A stretch of DNA of 30,724 bases, from positions 1 through 30,724 of the forward strand of contig CAZYLT010000024.1 of the NCBI GenBank assembly GCA_964648855.1, in the 5' to 3' direction. Source of the stretch: an uncultured archaeon (GTDB lineage Archaea > Asgardarchaeota > Thorarchaeia > Thorarchaeales > Thorarchaeaceae). A program made the position numbers and the translations under genes. Below are positions 26,314 through 30,724 of the stretch, one piece after another. The first letter of the stretch is position 1. Every line of letters starts with the position of its first letter. Below the pieces are notes generated by a model, which saw only the letters and a program-made list of their open reading frames with translations, did no database searches and was not told where the DNA came from.

Positions 26314-27135
26314 CTACCACTGAATCGGTGTTTGAGAAGACTTCCTGTAGCTCAAGGCCCCCTCTATTAATATAATCATGCCAATCAATCCTATGACCAA
26401 GGCTGCATACTCTACATACAGAGCGGTATGAGAGTCATCGTTATTGTTATCGCTTAAGGGTGTGTATTCTATTGCAATGTAGGGCCTTATTGATTGGTTT
26501 TCAGATTCAGAGGATGCAATAAGTACTGAAACTCCATCCTCAGCAGTAATTGCAAATCCCAAAACTCCCCAAGACCTGAATCCATGGTTTCCAAATACAT
26601 CGATATCTAGCCGGCCCATTTCAACAGCATCTAAGGCTGAAATGGGAGTTTCCTCATAATGATCTTCAGTGGTGGAAGTCAGATTTTCTGGCTCAATTTC
26701 AGGTTCTATCATTTTATGTATTTTGATTTTCCCCGCAGATTCAATATTCGCGATGTGGAAAACAAGAATCATAGCCAAGGGATCCCCTCTTGGGGGCCCC
26801 GGAGGCAAGGCATAGAACGTCAAATATGAGGTATTTACAGTATCTTTTTCGGATTTTGTAACATTTGCAACAGATAAAAAATCTTTCTCAATATGACTTT
26901 CATTGTCGACGTTAGAAGAGAACATATCATAATGGACATTGAATCGTTGTTTCCATTTGCTAGGTTCTGTTTCGGTAGCAAAAAAAGACAAGGCAGGTTG
27001 AAGAAAGAGAGAAAAACCAACCAAACAAAGACCCACTGCAATCAGCAAAAAAGAACGAAGCTTCTCGTCATGCATTATCCGTTTAATTCGCACATCAAGA
27101 CCCTCTCTAAATGCCAAACAATCTATGATTGTCAT
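26314..27135 (-). CDS. Membrane-anchored hypothetical protein (N- and C-terminal TM; DNRLRE-like extracellular domain)
   Basis: Two hydrophobic helices flank a domain with SYLTF...and IASSE.....RPYI.IEY, which resembles the DNRLRE-domain pattern. The start is uncertain. Confidence 0.6.
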   Translation of the reverse strand: MTIIDCLAFREGLDVRIKRIMHDEKLRSFLLIAVGLCLVGFSLFLQPALSFFATETEPSKWKQRFNVHYDMFSSNVDNESHIEKDFLSVANVTKSEKDTVNTSYLTFYALPPGPPRGDPLAMILVFHIANIESAGKIKIHKMIEPEIEPENLTSTTEDHYEETPISALDAVEMGRLDIDVFGNHGFRSWGVLGFAITAEDGVSVLIASSESENQSIRPYIAIEYTPLSDNNNDDSHTALYVEYAALVIGLIGMIILIEGALSYRKSSQTPIQW

Positions 27136-27908
27136 TGTATCTAAGTTTTCGCTTTTTTCCTATACATTTGAATATAAGGGCCTCGATGGCCATTATGGCC
27201 TGAAAGTCCGGTGACGCTTATTTTCATCTGAAGCATTCAGCTCACCGCTACTAATGTCCGAGGCTAGCAGATCGAAAGTGCAGCTCGCACGTACCTAGAG
27301 TTGCGGGCGCAGCAAGAGTTGTAGTAAGTGTATATGGTCAAGAACTGCCTTCATCCGATGCAGCTATTTCTTTACTGACAGCATTTTTCATGATATATGA
27401 TATTCTAGACTAGACCCTTCCTACCAACTGATGGTGTATTAATGAGCTTTCAATAACCAGTTTTGAAGCAATTGTATATCAGGTTCTATACACAATATTA
27501 TTCCAGAAATGAACTGTGCAAGGAGATAGAGGAAGCACTGCGCCACCCGCAACTAGCAAAGGCATTCAATCAGGCACGAGAGCATACCCGAGCTTTCCAA
27601 ACAGTTATGCTGGGAAAGTGATGATAGATATTGATGGGATTGGTATTGATACTATTGGATTCCTCCAAAAGAAAAGCGACTAGTTCCTCTTTTGTACTCT
27701 GACCATGTATAAGGAAATAACTCTTAACAGTGTTGAATAGCTCCGATTCTGCAATTGTTGGAGCAAACGATTATTTCAAAGTCCTCACTACCAGCCATCT
27801 CTTCACACATTACCTTTGCAGCCGCGGTTAGCGTGTAATGCCCTCTGTTTGTCCTTTCTAACAGACTCAACATTACGAGAATGAGTTCAATCCTGAATCT
27901 CAATCATC

Positions 27909-29276
27909 CTAGGCTCTTCTCACATCATAATCACGAGGATCGGTAGCCCTGATAATGGCTGTAACAGATTCCTGATTGAATCCCTTGAAACCTTGTCTTC
28001 GTTCAATTACTTCAAGATGGCTACCTATTGCACCATTCTCCACGAAATTATCGTGAGTTCGCTCACCAATAAGACCCTCTTCCAACAAAGTGTCCACTCG
28101 TTTCTTCTCCACATCTCTTCTTTGAGCACCAGTAAAAGCTTGTTTCAAAAATGAAAAATCTGAGAAGGGTCTCATTACCTCTACGCCATAGCTCCCAAGC
28201 GATTTCCGGGCATGGGCAAAGTCTACTCTAGCAGCAAGATGATGCAGTCCCGCCTCTAGAATGCTCTCACCATGAATTGCAGTCCAAAGGCCGACTGTTC
28301 CTAGTGAATCCTTCTCATCAAGCTCCGTATGTGCAAAGTCGATATCTTTCTCCCCAGAAGAAATATCGATGTCTGCGAATACTACAATCTTGCACGTGCG
28401 TTGTTCCAGAATTTGAGCTCCCCATCCAGCACTCTCTCCAGCAAAAAACCTCTCTCGAGGTGAGAATCCCATTGCTTCCAATGCTGCAATCAATTTCATG
28501 AAATGCTCGCGTGATGAACGGTATGTGTGATGGTCATGATTTCCCCATCCCAAGCCAAATTTATCCTGGCGTGCCTTTTGAATTTGGCCGGCTCGGTCAC
28601 GGCTTTGCCAATAGACCCGCTCTGATCTAAAGAAGGCATCCGCAATTCGTGGCGGTTCCAAGTCTTCTGCAATCTCTTCAACAAGATGATGTACCGCCTC
28701 CATTCCCTCTTCAGAATCCACATAGTGCCTCCGTCTCAGTGTGAACTTCTCGAATGCTTCCTGATATCGATCAATATCTTCTGCTGGTTCTTGCACTCGA
28801 TATCCATCATATCCACTTCTCTCCACAGCAGAAACTTTGAATCCATCATTATCCTCAAGCAGGCATTTCCGGTAGGGTGAGTACTCTTCTCCTTCGATAT
28901 TATTCCCTTTTCCTGATAGTTGCACAAATTGAGCGAGGTTTTCTGGCTGCAATACCAGCTCGGTCTTGGTGTGATTTGATAGAACGATGGGGAAGAGAAT
29001 ACTATTGTTACTGGAATATACCTCCCATCCATCCGGAGCGTCAATAGAGGGGTCATGTTCAAAACCGAAGGCAGCAAGTTTTTCTTCGGTATCTGAATCC
29101 CATGGCAAAACAACATGGTCAATCCAATCAATCAACTTGGTTGACGTAGAAGGAGTTAGTTCTTCGGAGAATGTACGGACAAAATCCTGATGTTCTACAA
29201 ACTTCGTTACTATTTTCTGCAAGAACATCTCCATGTCCTCAAATAGCTGCCAATCATATTCATCCAATAGAATCAC
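27909..29276 (-). CDS. Uncharacterised VOC-superfamily metalloprotein (HPPD/HglS-like)
   Basis: NHDHHTYRS, GLHHLA and LEVIERR.GFKGF motifs give a His/His/Glu facial-triad pattern. Confidence 0.6.
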   Translation of the reverse strand: MILLDEYDWQLFEDMEMFLQKIVTKFVEHQDFVRTFSEELTPSTSTKLIDWIDHVVLPWDSDTEEKLAAFGFEHDPSIDAPDGWEVYSSNNSILFPIVLSNHTKTELVLQPENLAQFVQLSGKGNNIEGEEYSPYRKCLLEDNDGFKVSAVERSGYDGYRVQEPAEDIDRYQEAFEKFTLRRRHYVDSEEGMEAVHHLVEEIAEDLEPPRIADAFFRSERVYWQSRDRAGQIQKARQDKFGLGWGNHDHHTYRSSREHFMKLIAALEAMGFSPRERFFAGESAGWGAQILEQRTCKIVVFADIDISSGEKDIDFAHTELDEKDSLGTVGLWTAIHGESILEAGLHHLAARVDFAHARKSLGSYGVEVMRPFSDFSFLKQAFTGAQRRDVEKKRVDTLLEEGLIGERTHDNFVENGAIGSHLEVIERRQGFKGFNQESVTAIIRATDPRDYDVRRA

Positions 29277-29418
29277 ACTCGCTAGCAGAATTCCTCCTTG
29301 ATGCCCATAAGAAGAGGTGCAATATTGCTTTATGGTTTACTCCCTTCGTCGGGTCAAATCAGCAAGAGTAATTACTGAGCGTTTTTTCATTATGTACTAC
29401 ACACAGAGGGTGAAGCTA

Positions 29419-30724
29419 TTGGTTATTGAAATCGACGGAGAGTCTCTCTCCATTGAAGATGTCATTGAGGTAGCTCGTAATCATGCTGAGGTAACATTAG
29501 CAGATTCTGCTCGGCAGAAGATGGACAAGAGCAGAGAAGTCGTGGAATCAACCGTCAAAGAGGGCCGAATAGTCTATGGAGTTAATACCGGCTTTGGCGA
29601 CTTAGCCAACGTTTCAATCGATGGAAACCAGTTGGAAAAATTACAGGTCAATCTGATAAGAAGTCACAGCGTGGGAGTAGGCAGCCCCTTTTCGTTGGAG
29701 ATTGTTCGAGGTATGATGCTACTGAGAGCAAATGCATTGGCAAAAGGCTACTCTGGTGTACGAATTAAACTGGTGGAAACTCTCATCAAAATGCTGAATA
29801 GAAACTTGACACCGGTAATTCCTGAAAAGGGATCTGTGGGAGCAAGTGGAGACCTGGCCCCCTTGGCGCATATGGCTCTCGTCATCATTGGGGAAGGGGA
29901 AGCATTCTACGATGGGAAGAGAGTTAGTGGCAAAACAGCAATGAATAAGGCAGGTATTGAAATCCTGACTCTTAGGGCCAAAGAGGGGGTTGCTCTGATT
30001 AATGGAACACAGGCGATGACCTCGATTGGCGCCCTCATCGTCCAAGATGCATTGGGACTCATTCGCAACGCTTTGGTAGCATCCGCAATGAGTCTGGAGG
30101 CTCTCCGGGGGACGAGAGCCGCTTTGGACACTCGTATACATCAACTGCGACCTCATGAAGGTCAGCTAGACGTGGCTCAGGCATTACTGCATCTCTTGCC
30201 CGATAGTGAGATCAACCAATCTCATGCTAACTGCGGAAAAATCCAGGATGCCTATACTCTTCGATGTATTCCCCAAGTAATTGGTGCGAGTCTTGACACA
30301 GTGCGTTATGTCCGCAGCATCCTAGAAACAGAACTGAACTCGGTCACCGACAACCCTCTTGTATTTCCTGATGAAAAAGATGTAGTGTCCGGAGGGAATT
30401 TTCATGGACAACCTATCGCATTAGCCATGGACTTCTTAGGCATCGCTCTCTCTGAGATTGCAAATATGTCTGAGAGACGAGTCAATCGACTGGTTAATCC
30501 CCACTTGAGTGGTCTTCCTGCTTTTCTTGCCGCAGAAAGCGGTCTGCAATCAGGTATGATGCTTGCTCAGTATACGGCTGCAGCATTGGTTTCAGAGAAC
30601 AAGGTTTTGGCCCATCCTGCGAGTGTGGATTCAATTCCAACTAGTGCTGACCAGGAGGATCATGTTAGCATGGGAACAATTGCAGCTAGGAAGGCACAGG
30701 AAATCTTGGAGAATGTTCGCAATG
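29419..30724 (+). CDS. hutH: Histidine ammonia-lyase, 3'-truncated by the window edge (absent from the supplied ORF track)
   Basis: Manual translation gives YGVNTGFG, NLIRSH (His-specific SH), GSVGASGDLAPLAH (MIO ASG), LINGTQ, QDAYTLRCIPQV, GGNFHG and QEDHVSMG. TTG start after GAGGGTGA; GTG 29410 is an alternative start. Confidence 0.96.
   Translation, partial: MVIEIDGESLSIEDVIEVARNHAEVTLADSARQKMDKSREVVESTVKEGRIVYGVNTGFGDLANVSIDGNQLEKLQVNLIRSHSVGVGSPFSLEIVRGMMLLRANALAKGYSGVRIKLVETLIKMLNRNLTPVIPEKGSVGASGDLAPLAHMALVIIGEGEAFYDGKRVSGKTAMNKAGIEILTLRAKEGVALINGTQAMTSIGALIVQDALGLIRNALVASAMSLEALRGTRAALDTRIHQLRPHEGQLDVAQALLHLLPDSEINQSHANCGKIQDAYTLRCIPQVIGASLDTVRYVRSILETELNSVTDNPLVFPDEKDVVSGGNFHGQPIALAMDFLGIALSEIANMSERRVNRLVNPHLSGLPAFLAAESGLQSGMMLAQYTAAALVSENKVLAHPASVDSIPTSADQEDHVSMGTIAARKAQEILENVRN

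Overview
Archaeal chromosomal window. Gene content and style suggest an Asgard lineage such as Thorarchaeota, but this is an inference and is not proven. From left to right it holds: a tungsten-type aldehyde:ferredoxin oxidoreductase and an AEC transporter; a reciprocally decayed tandem duplication (AEC / coiled-coil protein / metal-binding protein); a NikR-associated Zn/Mn-type ABC metal transporter; the conserved archaeal proteasome-exosome superoperon (psmA, SBDS, rrp4, rrp41, rrp42, rpl37ae, Brix/Imp4, pcc1, prefoldin beta, DUF3194, DHH) followed by an ECF module; a class II photolyase; and a histidine-utilisation region (hutU ... hutH) interleaved with endonuclease V, a C-N hydrolase, two exported proteins and an HPPD/HglS-like VOC protein. 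The main observation is that hutU looks split by a TGA stop, but the stop lies in a 30-nt insert (21851-21880) that folds into a canonical bulge-helix-bulge (BHB) motif. Cleavage at the canonical tRNA-splicing-endonuclease positions exactly restores the conserved NYGQMTAG motif, so this is a candidate tRNA-type intron in a metabolic protein-coding mRNA.
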